NCBI GenBank assembly: GCA_035516155.1
Contig: DATJAP010000044.1
Span: 11,932-75,931, forward strand
DNA length: 64,000 nucleotides
Source of the DNA: Nitrospirota bacterium
GTDB taxonomy: Bacteria; Nitrospirota; UBA9217
Direction: 5' to 3'
A program made the translations under genes and the position numbers. The notes beneath the pieces are model-generated. The model was given only the letters and a program-made list of their open reading frames with translations. It did no database searches and was not told the origin of the DNA. Below, one piece after another: positions 8,903 to 19,227 of the stretch. Each line of letters opens with the position of its first letter. Position 1 is the stretch's first letter.

Positions 8903-9751
8903 ATGAAACCCGATATCAAATCACTTGCTCAGCAGAAGAAATTCGGTGACATCGAAACCGCAGTGTACGGCGACCGCTCGCTTATCGGCGACCTCGTCGC
9001 GCTCCTGTCCGAGAAGAATGGCGATGTCCGCTCCGGCGTACTGAACCTCCTGTCCCGCGTGGGATTTGATTATCCGAAAGATACGAGGCCCCATCTCCCG
9101 GTGCTCATCGCTCTCCTCGATGACCCTGACATGTTCATTAAGATCGATGCGGCGAACGCCGTGGGGAACTTGGGCTTCAATTTCAAGGATTCGGCCTCTC
9201 AGGCTTCGCCCAAGCTCAAAGCGTTGCTGGACCATGCGCAGAGCTTGGTGCGTCAGGAAGCGGCCTATGCACTCGGGAACATCGGATTTGCCCACACCGA
9301 TCTAGTCAAAGACGCGGTGCCACGCCTGATCATGATGCTCGAACGGGGTGACGACGATGAACGCGAGGCTGCCGCCCACGCCCTCGGCAAAGTCGGCATT
9401 AATGCCCCGGAGCTGATCCACGGCATCCTCCCGAAGCTCGTTGAGGTGCTCGAATTTTCCAAAGAGGCGACCTGCGGCGGCGTGCTCTTCGCCTTGGGAG
9501 CTATCGGCCTCCACTATCCCGAGGAAGTGGCAGGGCTCGTGCCGCGGTTGATGCAGTATCTGGAAAGCAGCCAGCCGAACGCGGTGAAGAATGCCGTCGC
9601 GGCCATCGGAAACATCGGGAGTTCCAATCCCGAGCTCGTGAAGGACGCCATTCCGAAGATCCTCAAAATCATGGAAACCACGACGGATATCGACGTGAAG
9701 ATGAACGCCAAAGTAGCGCTCGGCAGGTTGGGCGATCCTTCGGTGATGTGA
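8903..9751 (+). CDS. HEAT/armadillo-type repeat protein
   Basis: Repeated ~30-aa units (VRxxAAxALGNIG..., AVPRLIMML, ILPKLVEVL, LVPRLMQYL, AIPKILKIM). The start is set at the ATG preceded by GAAAGG; the track ORF begins at GTG 8843. Confidence 0.8.
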   Translation: MKPDIKSLAQQKKFGDIETAVYGDRSLIGDLVALLSEKNGDVRSGVLNLLSRVGFDYPKDTRPHLPVLIALLDDPDMFIKIDAANAVGNLGFNFKDSASQASPKLKALLDHAQSLVRQEAAYALGNIGFAHTDLVKDAVPRLIMMLERGDDDEREAAAHALGKVGINAPELIHGILPKLVEVLEFSKEATCGGVLFALGAIGLHYPEEVAGLVPRLMQYLESSQPNAVKNAVAAIGNIGSSNPELVKDAIPKILKIMETTTDIDVKMNAKVALGRLGDPSVM

Positions 9752-9887
9752 GAAACAAAGTTTCAGGCGCGAATGAATACGGGCTGATATAGGAATGCTT
9801 TCCTGAAACCCGGAGATCCGTTTTGGATTTTTCTTTTATTGGCATTCATCCGTTGTGCCCCATCATTTGATTCTGTGAGGTTTAATT

Positions 9888-10577
9888 TTGGAAGATCAAG
9901 AATTGAAATCGGCAATCGAAGCCGTTCTTTTCATCGCAGGCTATCCCCTGTCCGTGGACAGGCTGAAAAGCCTGTTTGAGGAAGCGACACAGGAGCAGAT
10001 CGAAGCGCAGCTTGCCGGGCTCAGGCAGGCCTATGACGACCGCGGCGCCGGCATTATGCTGGCGGAAATTGCCGGCGGGTATCAGCTGGCCACCAGGCCG
10101 GAGCATGCAGGGTGGCTGAGAAAGTTCCGCTCCGTCAAGGTCTCCACGAGGCTGTCGAAGCCAGCTCTTGAGACGCTTGCCATTATAGCCTATAAGCAGC
10201 CGATTACGCGCACGGAGATGGAAGTTATCCGGGGGGTAAACATCGGCGGCATCATGCGGAACCTCATGGAACGCCGGCTCGTGAAAATCGTCGGCAAGAA
10301 GGACGTGCCCGGCAGGCCCATGCTCTACGGCACTACCCCCGAATTTCTTCAGTATTTCGGGTTAAAGGATCTCTCCGCGCTGCCTACACTCAAGGAGTTC
10401 CAGGAGCTTGAGGCCGGCGAGGAGGTTATGGAAGAGGTCGTGGGGGAGGAGGATGCCGAGGCAGCAGAAGCACAGGCATCGGAGGATACGGCAACGTCGG
10501 GGGAACCAACGGCGACGGAAGCGGCGGACGACGAACCGGTGGCTTCTGCCGCATCCGGGGAGAATGTCACGGGATGA
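9888..10577 (+). CDS. scpB: Segregation and condensation protein B
   Basis: LKSAIEAVLFIAGYPLSVDRL...YQLATRPE...SKPALETLAIIAYKQPITRTEMEVIRGV. Acidic C-terminal tail. TTG start with GAGG 7 nt upstream. Confidence 0.9.
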   Translation: MEDQELKSAIEAVLFIAGYPLSVDRLKSLFEEATQEQIEAQLAGLRQAYDDRGAGIMLAEIAGGYQLATRPEHAGWLRKFRSVKVSTRLSKPALETLAIIAYKQPITRTEMEVIRGVNIGGIMRNLMERRLVKIVGKKDVPGRPMLYGTTPEFLQYFGLKDLSALPTLKEFQELEAGEEVMEEVVGEEDAEAAEAQASEDTATSGEPTATEAADDEPVASAASGENVTG

Positions 10578-11518
10578 TAGAACTCCAGGATGCTCTGCGC
10601 AAGAAGGAAATCTGGGCAATCGGCGGCGGAAAGGGTGGGATCGGCAAAAGCCTGCTCACCGGGAATATCGGCATCTCACTTGCCCGTCTCAAGAAAAAAG
10701 TGCTCCTTGTTGACGCCGACCTCGGCGGCGCGAACCTTCATACCACGCTTGGCATTGGGGTCCCCCAGACTACGCTCTCGGACTTTCTGAACCGTCGCGT
10801 GGACAGTATTCAGGACGTTATCATCAAGACGAGCGTTCCGAACCTGAGCCTCATCAGCGGGGCCCAGGATTTCCTCGATGCGGCAAACCCCAATTTCGCT
10901 CAGAAGACCCGGCTGCTCAGACACCTTGAGACCTTAGATGCCGATTATATCCTCCTCGATCTTGGTGCTGGAACCTCCTTCAACATACTTGACTTTTTTC
11001 TCTTCTCGGACCACGGCATCCTGGTCGTACTACCCGAACCTACGGCGATCGAGAATGCGTACCGTTTCATTAAGAGCGCCTTTTACCGCAGGTTCAAGAA
11101 GGTCGTGGCGAACCAGAACATCAAGGACCTTATTGACACGGCCATGGACCAGAAGAACAGCATGGGCATCCGTACACCCTATGACCTGATCGAGCGCGTA
11201 AAGACCATAGAGCGCGAGGTCGGCGAAATACTCGAACTCGAGGTGCTCAAATTCAAGCCAAAGCTTGTGGTAAACCAGGTGCGGACCAAGAACGACATCC
11301 AGATCGGGTTTTCTATGAAAAGCGCGTGCCAGAAATACTTCGGAATCAACCTTGAATATCTTGGATACGTGGAATATGACGACTGCGTATGGCAATCCAT
11401 TCGGAGCAAGCGGCCGCTTGCCATTGAATACCCCTACTCGCGGCCCTCGCGGTGCATCGAACGCATTGTCCACAATCTGCTTCGCAAGGAACAGCTGACG
11501 CTAAGCATGCTCTACTAG
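10574..11518 (+). CDS. MinD/ParA-family P-loop ATPase
   Basis: Deviant Walker A GGGKGGIGKS and Walker B LLDLGAG. Its ATG overlaps the scpB stop (ATGA). Confidence 0.85.
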   Translation: MIELQDALRKKEIWAIGGGKGGIGKSLLTGNIGISLARLKKKVLLVDADLGGANLHTTLGIGVPQTTLSDFLNRRVDSIQDVIIKTSVPNLSLISGAQDFLDAANPNFAQKTRLLRHLETLDADYILLDLGAGTSFNILDFFLFSDHGILVVLPEPTAIENAYRFIKSAFYRRFKKVVANQNIKDLIDTAMDQKNSMGIRTPYDLIERVKTIEREVGEILELEVLKFKPKLVVNQVRTKNDIQIGFSMKSACQKYFGINLEYLGYVEYDDCVWQSIRSKRPLAIEYPYSRPSRCIERIVHNLLRKEQLTLSMLY

Positions 11519-11532
11519 GGAACGGTGCCGTG

Positions 11533-12225
11533 ATGAAAAAAATAGAAGACCTGAACTTCTATGAACTGCTGGAAGTGAGTCCATTGGCTACCACGCAGGA
11601 AATCCACAAGGCCTATGAGCGGGTTAGACGGGTGTACGAGCCGAATTCGATCGCGCTGTACTCGCTCTTCACACCGGAAGAGACCGCCGTAATCCATCAG
11701 CGGGTAGAGGAGGCATACCGTACCCTGATCTACGAAGATAACCGGAAAATATATGATGCTCAATTGCAGGAGCGGAACGAGATTCCCGACCTACCTGCTT
11801 GTCCTCCCCAGCCCCAGGCACATCCTGGCCGGCTTAACCAGCAGTTGATGATATTCTCTGATGAACACCTCCCTCTCCCTGATGCTGAACCAAAGCCTCA
11901 ACCGCCTGCCGCGGCATGCGCGCCGACAAGGGAACCGTCAACTCCCGTGTCTGAGTTTATCGGAGAATTCACCGGCCCCGCCATCAAAGCCCTGAGAGAG
12001 CAGCACGGCCAGAATCTGCGGGGCATAGCGGATCTGACGAAAGTAAGCGCTCGCTATCTTGAATTCATCGAAGAAGAAAATTTCCAGAAGCTTCCGGCAC
12101 GGACGTATATCAGAGGATTTCTCATGCTCTACGCCAAGGCCCTCGGCTGCGCCAACGCTGAGCGGCTTGCAGTCGACTACCTGAAGCGATACGACGCCGC
12201 CATGAAACCGCCAGCGAAAAAATAA
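11533..12225 (+). CDS. J-domain-like (HPD replaced by EPN) protein with C-terminal RodZ-type HTH
   Basis: NFYELLEVSPLATTQEIHKAYERVRRVYEPNS aligns to a J-domain helix II/III, but the HPD triad reads EPN. A Pro-rich linker follows, then LRGIADLTKVSARYLEFIEEENFQKLPARTYIRGFL, an HTH_25/RodZ-like segment. Confidence 0.7.
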   Translation: MKKIEDLNFYELLEVSPLATTQEIHKAYERVRRVYEPNSIALYSLFTPEETAVIHQRVEEAYRTLIYEDNRKIYDAQLQERNEIPDLPACPPQPQAHPGRLNQQLMIFSDEHLPLPDAEPKPQPPAAACAPTREPSTPVSEFIGEFTGPAIKALREQHGQNLRGIADLTKVSARYLEFIEEENFQKLPARTYIRGFLMLYAKALGCANAERLAVDYLKRYDAAMKPPAKK

Positions 12226-12313
12226 TATCGGTCATACAGCATGCTGAAAGGTGGGGGCACCCCTCAACCCTCCTGCTGGCTCCCTTCTCCCCTCTTTTGC
12301 TTACTACCAAGGA

Positions 12314-15300
12314 CTACTGTCTCGCATCAACTGCTTTGCTCAATTCCTGTTCCTTCCAGATCACATAGATTGCTGGATAGATAATCAACTCAAGAATCGT
12401 CGAGGTTATAACACCACCGACCATGGGCGCGGCGATCCGCTTCATCACATCGGCGCCGGTGCCTGACGAGAACATGATTGGTACGAGGCCCGCCAGGATC
12501 ACGGACACGGTCATGATCTTCGGCCTGATGCGCTTGACCGCGCCTTCCATTACTGAGTCCTCGATATCGTGAAGTGTGTTGATCCTGCCTTCCTGGTGCC
12601 AGCGATTATACGACAGATCGAGATACAGCAGCATCACAATACCGGTCTCCGCATCGAGTCCCGCCAGGGCGATCACACCAACCCACACAGCCGTGCTCAT
12701 ATGGTAACCCAAAATATAAAGGAACCATACCGAGCCCACCAGCGAGAAGGGCACCGCCAGGAGCACGACCACTGTCTTCAGCCATGATGCGGTATTCAGG
12801 TAGATCAGCACGATAATGATAAGAAGCGTCAGTGGAATGACGTAAACAAGTCTCGCCTTAACGTTCTCCATGTACTCGTACTGTCCACTCCATTGGAGCG
12901 TGTATCCCGAAGGAATGCTCACCTTCTCGGCAATTGCCTTCTTCGCCTTTTCTACATAGCCCCCGAAATCGCTGCCCGATATCGAAAGCGTAACTGCGGC
13001 CGTGAGCTTGCCCCCTTCGCTCTGAACCATGCCGGGGCCACGCGTCACCTGGATGTCGGCGAGCTGCCCCAGCGGCACTTGGGCGCCACCCATAACCGGC
13101 ACAAGCACCCGCTTGAGCTTTTCTACATCGTCACGCAGTTCCCGCCCGTAGCGGATATTTACCGGGTAGCGTTCCCTGCCTTCGATGGTGGTCGTCAGAT
13201 TCATCCCTCCGATGGCGGACTCGATGATTTCCTGCACGTCCTCCACCACGAGGCCGTAGCGGGCGATCTCGTCCCGATTGACGGTAAAATCAAGAAAGTA
13301 TCCTGTATTGGCCCGTTCTGCGTAGACGCTTCGTGTTCCGGGCACAGTCCGAAGCGCCCGTTCCAGGTCGAGCCCGATCCGCTCGATGCCTTCGAGCTGG
13401 GGCCCGAAAATCTTGATTCCCAGAGGTGTCCGGATGCCCGTCGAAAGCATGTCGATTCTGCCGATGATCGGCATGGTCCAGGTGTTGGCCACGCCTGGCA
13501 TGGCGAGGGCGTTGTCCATATCGTCCCGGAGATCCTCCCATTTTTTGTACTGGGGCCGCCACTGGCTCATGGGCTTCAGCATCACGTTGGTTTCGATCAT
13601 CTCGAGGGGCGCAGGATCGGTCGGCGTTTCAGCCCTGCCCGTCTTGCCAAACACTCGTTCCACCTCAGGGAACTGTTTGATGATCCGGTCCTCAGCTTGC
13701 AGGACGCTGCTCATGGTCGTAATGGACGCTCCAGGAACTGACGACGGCATGAACAGGAGCGTGCCCTCGTAAAGAGGAGGCATGAATTCCGAGCCGAGCT
13801 TCGTGAAGGGATAGACGGTAACTGCGACGATAACGGCCGCCAGAATGATCACAAGCGTTCGGAAGCGAAGCGCGAATTCGGCGACTGGATGGTAGATCCG
13901 GCTAAGAATATGACTGACCGGGTTCTTGTCCTCGTGCCGGATTTTCCCCCTGATAAAGAGTGTCATGAGCACCGGCGTGAGCGTTATGGCGAGGAAACTG
14001 GCAAACAGCATGGCAAAGGTCTTGGTATAGGCAAGCGGCTTAAACAGCCTGCCAGCCTGTTCCTCGAGAGTGAAGATTGGCAGAAAGCCGACGGTGATGA
14101 CCAGCAGCGAGAAAAAAAGTGACGGCCCCACCTCCTTCGCAGCATCAATGATCACGTCGGTGCGCGAACCGTGGACCCTGCCGGTCCGCTCCCAATCTTC
14201 CAGCTTCTTATGGGCGTTTTCGACCATGATGATCGAAGCGTCAACCATGGCGCCAATGGCGATGGCGATGCCGCCAAGGCTCATGATGTTCGAGCTAATC
14301 CGGAGATAGTGCATGCAGATGAACGAGATGAGGATCGATACCGGCAGAGTCAGAATCACCACAAGGGCGCTCGGAAGATGAAAGAGAAATACCATACATA
14401 CCACGCTCACGGCGATCCCCAGCTTGATCACCTCGTCGCGGAGGGTTTCCACGGAGCTGTGGATCAGCTCTGAGCGGTCGTAGGTCGTGACGATCTTCAC
14501 ACCCGCAGGAAGGGACGGCTTGATTTCGTTGATCTTCGCCTTTACCCGGTCAATCACATCGAGTACGTTCTCGCCGAAGCGGACCACGACGATCCCGCCC
14601 ACAGCCTCACCCTTGCCGTCCAAGTCTGCAGCACCACGCCGTATCTCGGGGCCGAGCTGGACCTGGCCGATGTCCCTGAGGAGGATGGGCGTACCTTGCT
14701 CATTGGTGCCCACGGCTATCCTTTCGATGTCCGACTGGTCATAAATGTAACCGCGACCACGAACCATGTACTCCCTGCCGTTCCATTCCACCACGCGTCC
14801 TTCCACATCGCGGTTGCTTCGCCTCACTGCCTCTGCGACCTTCATCAGAGGCAACTTGAAGACAGCCAGTCGGTTCGGATCGATCGTGATCTGGTACTGT
14901 TTTACGAACCCCCCCACGCTCGCCACTTCCGCCACGCCGGGAACCGATTCCAGTGCGTACTTGAGATTCCAATCCTGGAGTGAACGCAGCTGGGAGAGAT
15001 CCTGCGTCCCGCTCTCGTCCTCCAGGGCATACTGGAAACCCCATCCCACACCAGTTGCGTCCGGCCCGAGCTGCGGCGTCACACCTGAAGGCAGCTTGCC
15101 CTGCACGCCCTGGAGATATTCGACCACCCGGCTCCGCGCCCAGTAGATGTCCGTACCATCCTCGAAGATGGCGTACACGAAGGACAGTCCGAGAAAAGAC
15201 TTCCCGCGGACGACGCGCACCTTCGGCGCCGCAAGAAGCGTGGACACGATGGGATAGGTGATCTGGTCCTCGACAAGGTCGGGGCTCCTGCCCGGCCACT

Positions 15301-15454
15301 CGGTGAACACGATCACTTGGGCGTCCGATAGGTCGGGGATGGCGTCGAGGGGAGTATGGTAAACCGCCCATATACCCCACGCCGTGAGGAATCCGACCAC
15401 AAGGAAAACAAGAAACTTATTGCGTGCTGATAGTTCGATAATTTTTGATAGCAT
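12314..15454 (-). CDS. Heavy-metal efflux RND pump, CusA/CzcA family
   Basis: 1046 aa with a 12-TM RND architecture. N-terminus MLSKIIELSARNKFLVFLVV is typical of HME-RND pumps. Confidence 0.95.
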   Translation of the reverse strand: MLSKIIELSARNKFLVFLVVGFLTAWGIWAVYHTPLDAIPDLSDAQVIVFTEWPGRSPDLVEDQITYPIVSTLLAAPKVRVVRGKSFLGLSFVYAIFEDGTDIYWARSRVVEYLQGVQGKLPSGVTPQLGPDATGVGWGFQYALEDESGTQDLSQLRSLQDWNLKYALESVPGVAEVASVGGFVKQYQITIDPNRLAVFKLPLMKVAEAVRRSNRDVEGRVVEWNGREYMVRGRGYIYDQSDIERIAVGTNEQGTPILLRDIGQVQLGPEIRRGAADLDGKGEAVGGIVVVRFGENVLDVIDRVKAKINEIKPSLPAGVKIVTTYDRSELIHSSVETLRDEVIKLGIAVSVVCMVFLFHLPSALVVILTLPVSILISFICMHYLRISSNIMSLGGIAIAIGAMVDASIIMVENAHKKLEDWERTGRVHGSRTDVIIDAAKEVGPSLFFSLLVITVGFLPIFTLEEQAGRLFKPLAYTKTFAMLFASFLAITLTPVLMTLFIRGKIRHEDKNPVSHILSRIYHPVAEFALRFRTLVIILAAVIVAVTVYPFTKLGSEFMPPLYEGTLLFMPSSVPGASITTMSSVLQAEDRIIKQFPEVERVFGKTGRAETPTDPAPLEMIETNVMLKPMSQWRPQYKKWEDLRDDMDNALAMPGVANTWTMPIIGRIDMLSTGIRTPLGIKIFGPQLEGIERIGLDLERALRTVPGTRSVYAERANTGYFLDFTVNRDEIARYGLVVEDVQEIIESAIGGMNLTTTIEGRERYPVNIRYGRELRDDVEKLKRVLVPVMGGAQVPLGQLADIQVTRGPGMVQSEGGKLTAAVTLSISGSDFGGYVEKAKKAIAEKVSIPSGYTLQWSGQYEYMENVKARLVYVIPLTLLIIIVLIYLNTASWLKTVVVLLAVPFSLVGSVWFLYILGYHMSTAVWVGVIALAGLDAETGIVMLLYLDLSYNRWHQEGRINTLHDIEDSVMEGAVKRIRPKIMTVSVILAGLVPIMFSSGTGADVMKRIAAPMVGGVITSTILELIIYPAIYVIWKEQELSKAVDARQ

Positions 15455-15565
15455 TTATGAACCTCTGTTCAAAAGTTCAGAGTTCATGGTTCAACGTTCG
15501 AAGAATAAAACTGAGTGAATCTGGATATTCACCTTTACTCTGGACTCTGACTCCGAACACTGCTA

Positions 15566-16741
15566 TTAATTGCTCGTCCTCAACTGGCTTTCGGAATCGA
15601 TCAGGAAATTTCCCGACGTCACGACGCGGTCCCCCTTCACAATTCCCTTCACTATCTCGACAGAGTCCTCGCCGCGCAGACCCAGCGTCACCTGACGCTG
15701 CTCATAGACACCCGGCTTTTTCTCCACATAGACGATCTGGCGCATGCCGGAGTCTATCACCGCGCTCCGGGGGATTACGAGCCGGGATCCCGAGAAAACG
15801 TTGATCTCGACGTTCGCAAACATTTCGGGCTTGAGCAAGAGACGGGGGTTCTTCATGACTAGCCGCACCTTCACTGTCCGGGTGACCGGATCCAGCGTCG
15901 GATAGACGTAATTCACTTCCGCCCGGTAAGCTTCTCCGGACTGATAGGGCAGGGTAACCCGCGCTGACTGCCCAATCCTGACGAGCGGCACTTCATACTC
16001 ATAGATATCAGCCAGAATCCAGATTGTCGAGAGGTCGGCAATCCGGTACAGATTCATGCCCGGTGAGATATACGCTCCCTCGAGCACCATTTTTTCGAGC
16101 ACAATCCCGCTGAGCGGGGCCTCGATGATCATGTCGGTTTGGGGTTTGCCGTTCTTTTCGAGCTCGGCGATCTGCTGATCCGTAATGTCCCAGAGTTGGA
16201 GACGTCGTTTTGCTGATTCGATCAGTTCCTGCTGTGAGGACTCGAGCTCGCCGCTGCCACCAGATCCAGACTTCGCAGCCTGGATCGCGATCAGATATTC
16301 CTCCTGGGCCGTAACCAAGTCAGGACTGTAGAGGGAAAGGAGCGGCTGCCCCTTCACGACTTCCTTGCCCGTGTAATCGACATACAGCTTCTTTACCCAC
16401 CCCGACACTTTGGTGTTCACGTAAGCAAGACGGGTCTCATCGGGAACCACCTTTCCCACAGTCCGTATCTCTTTGCCCAGTGGTCGATATTCGGCAACGG
16501 CGGTGCGCACCCCGATAAGCTGTACCTTGTCCGGGCTCAAGGTGATAACCGGCAGGGCGGCCTGCTGTTTTGTTGTTTCCGCTTCCTTCCCATTGCCCGA
16601 CGCCCCCTGGCCCTGCGCCTGCCCGCCAATGCGGTCCTGGGCAAGAGCCACGTTGCCGAATGCTGAAAGGAACAAGCAGCAGGCCAGGGAAATTCCCGCT
16701 TTTACGATATCGGGCACAATCATGATTCGGTCATTTTTCAT
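15566..16741 (-). CDS. Efflux RND periplasmic adaptor (CusB/CzcB-like)
   Basis: Signal peptide and lipoyl/beta-barrel MFP motifs. 4-nt overlap with the upstream OMP gene. Confidence 0.9.
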   Translation of the reverse strand: MKNDRIMIVPDIVKAGISLACCLFLSAFGNVALAQDRIGGQAQGQGASGNGKEAETTKQQAALPVITLSPDKVQLIGVRTAVAEYRPLGKEIRTVGKVVPDETRLAYVNTKVSGWVKKLYVDYTGKEVVKGQPLLSLYSPDLVTAQEEYLIAIQAAKSGSGGSGELESSQQELIESAKRRLQLWDITDQQIAELEKNGKPQTDMIIEAPLSGIVLEKMVLEGAYISPGMNLYRIADLSTIWILADIYEYEVPLVRIGQSARVTLPYQSGEAYRAEVNYVYPTLDPVTRTVKVRLVMKNPRLLLKPEMFANVEINVFSGSRLVIPRSAVIDSGMRQIVYVEKKPGVYEQRQVTLGLRGEDSVEIVKGIVKGDRVVTSGNFLIDSESQLRTSN

Positions 16742-17991
16742 TTAATTTCTTCTCCAGTAAGCTCCCCCATCATTGAAACATACTTGTTCCAGTTCACCAG
16801 CTCCTCTTGATCCATCAGTTGATACTTGAGCAGAAGGCTTTCATTATCAACAAGTGTGAGAAAGTCCGTTTTCCCTACCTGGTAGTTTGTTGTCGCGGAC
16901 TGCAAGGACAGACGGGCCTGGGGAATGATACCTTCTTCATACAGATGCAGATGGTGCTCGGAAGTCTTGATTGTGGAATAAAGATCCTTCACCCGGGCGA
17001 GTGTATCGAGCCGGACGGCTTCGTAATCGTACTCCGCAGAATGAACATCGGCCGCGGCGGCCTTGACGCCCGTTGACTTGTTCCAGAAATAAAGCGGCAC
17101 CTTGAACATGACACTGGCCTGCCAGACATCGGGCAAATCTCCCCGCGTAAACCACCCACCGGACACGACCATGTCGGGCAGATACTCCCGCTTGCTGAGC
17201 GACAGTTCGTACTTGCTCTGCTCGACCATGCGTTTGCGTTCTTCGAGCATGGGAGAATGCTTCAGCGCCATGGCAGTCATTTCGTCCTGACTCCTGTCGA
17301 AGGAGGCCGGGGCCAACTCAGCGGGCTTGCCCAGGGGCGTCATGGGATCGCGGCCCACGAGTTTGTTGATCACGGCCGCCTGTGCGTCCTTCTTCTGTTC
17401 CTGCTCGGCGATCCTGTCAAGGAGCATGGAAACCTCTACCTGGGCGCGCAGGACATCCTGCTGCATGCCCTGCCCCGTGCCATAGCGAGTCTCGGCAATC
17501 CGCTCGATGTTTTTCATCAAGTCCTTGGTCTGTCCCAGAATCTCTGCGGATTTCCAGGCAAGGTAATACTCGTAGTACGCGCCCCTGAGGCTGTTCAGAA
17601 CCCTGAGCCGGGTTTCACGCACCGCTTCATCCATCCGCTCCGCTTCTTTCTCTGCCGCGAGTCCCCTGGTGCCCAGCTTTCCCGGAAACGGGATTTCCTG
17701 GGTGAAAACCACGCCCTGCATGCTCATAGGACGCGCTTCGTTGCCCACACTCCATGCGAGCGGCGCACCCTCATTCTGCACCATGTAACCGATCATGGGA
17801 TCAGGTAGGGCTGAGGCAAGAGACTTCCTCTCTCCGGAGGATTCAGCCTTTTTTGCGGCCATGAGAATCTCGGGGTTATTGAGGAGGGCTTCTTGCTCTA
17901 AATCCATCAAGGTGAGAAGAGGCTCCTCAGCGCGGACGCTAAAAGGTAGTAATGCCAGGATCAAAAAAAGTATCAGCAATTTTGTTCGCAT
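16738..17991 (-). CDS. TolC-family outer-membrane efflux protein
   Basis: The start is moved to MRTKLLILFLILALLPFSVRA (GAGGAGG 6 nt upstream). Tandem TolC repeats. First gene of the C-B-A operon. Confidence 0.9.
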   Translation of the reverse strand: MRTKLLILFLILALLPFSVRAEEPLLTLMDLEQEALLNNPEILMAAKKAESSGERKSLASALPDPMIGYMVQNEGAPLAWSVGNEARPMSMQGVVFTQEIPFPGKLGTRGLAAEKEAERMDEAVRETRLRVLNSLRGAYYEYYLAWKSAEILGQTKDLMKNIERIAETRYGTGQGMQQDVLRAQVEVSMLLDRIAEQEQKKDAQAAVINKLVGRDPMTPLGKPAELAPASFDRSQDEMTAMALKHSPMLEERKRMVEQSKYELSLSKREYLPDMVVSGGWFTRGDLPDVWQASVMFKVPLYFWNKSTGVKAAAADVHSAEYDYEAVRLDTLARVKDLYSTIKTSEHHLHLYEEGIIPQARLSLQSATTNYQVGKTDFLTLVDNESLLLKYQLMDQEELVNWNKYVSMMGELTGEEIK

Positions 17992-18534
17992 TGCGGACCT
18001 CCTCGGTGCCATTGAATGCAATGTTCAGACCATTAGAGACGAGGTTGTTTATCAAGATAAATCAAACTATTATGAGCAGCCGGGGCAAGTTGCCGCACTT
18101 GGTTTGGAGCGTCTGCTGATGGCGCTGTAGTATTTCATACAGTCGTACCAGTGATCGGGAAATTATACATGCTCAGTCATGATTCATAGGATGAAGACCT
18201 CGTAAAAGCAGTATTTTAAAATTGTACCGCTTTTCGGTCTTCACGGGATTGTTTCGTTTCAGCATCTCTCTCGACACGATGATCCCCCAAACCCGGAATG
18301 ATGGCAAAAGCATATGATCTCGTTTATTACGATGCTGTTTCATATAGTTTACAGATGAGAGAACGAAATATACGGCAGGATGGATATTGGACGACTTGCG
18401 TGCAGATGTAGTAACCGTCTTGTCATTTCCGAACGATTCGATCGTGGAGAACCGGCATACCCTCGCAGCGTCGCTGGGGGAAACGTCGGTTTTAAGGCAG
18501 TTCGAGTTTTGTGAAGTCTGTTTCTCCAGACAGA

Positions 18535-19188
18535 CTATTGCTTTTTTTTCTCCAGATTCTTCCAGTCCGCCAGAAACCTGTCGATGCCGATGTCGGTAAG
18601 GGGATGCTTCACGAGCTGGTCTATGACATTGAAGGGTATGGTAGCAATATGGGCTCCGGCAAGCGCCGCATCAACGACATGGAGCGGATTTCGGATGCTT
18701 GCGACGATAATCTCGGTTTCATAGCCGTAATTATTGTAGATTCCCAGGATCTGGCGCACCAGGTCCATGCCATAGTGGCTGATGTCATCGAGCCTTCCGA
18801 CAAAAGGGCTTACATAGGCCGCGCCGACCTTTGCGGCAAGCAGTGCCTGGCTGGGCGAGAAGACGAGTGTCATGTTCACCTTGATTTCTTTTCCTGCAAG
18901 AATCTTTGTCGCCTTCAGCCCTTCCTTGGTCATAGGAAGCTTCACTACGATGTTCTGGTGGATATTAGCGAGTTCGACGCCCTCGGCAACCATCTTATCC
19001 GCCGCCAGGCTTACGGCCTCTGCGCTGATCGGGCCGTGAACGATGGAGCAAATCTCGCTGATAACCTCCTTGAAATCACGGCCTTCCTTCGCGATAAGCG
19101 ATGGATTGGTCGTAACGCCGTCCACGACCCCGAGGCTTGCCGCCTCTCGGATTTCCTTCACGTTTGCCGTGTCGATGAAAAATTTCAT
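18535..19188 (-). CDS. tal: Transaldolase / fructose-6-phosphate aldolase (short type 3B)
   Basis: [36 protein letters not shown]...VVKLPMT...[10 protein letters not shown]. 217 aa. Confidence 0.92.
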   Translation of the reverse strand: MKFFIDTANVKEIREAASLGVVDGVTTNPSLIAKEGRDFKEVISEICSIVHGPISAEAVSLAADKMVAEGVELANIHQNIVVKLPMTKEGLKATKILAGKEIKVNMTLVFSPSQALLAAKVGAAYVSPFVGRLDDISHYGMDLVRQILGIYNNYGYETEIIVASIRNPLHVVDAALAGAHIATIPFNVIDQLVKHPLTDIGIDRFLADWKNLEKKKQ

Positions 19189-19227
19189 TCCTTATTCTCC
19201 CTCTCATGCACAATGTACCGGCCCTCG

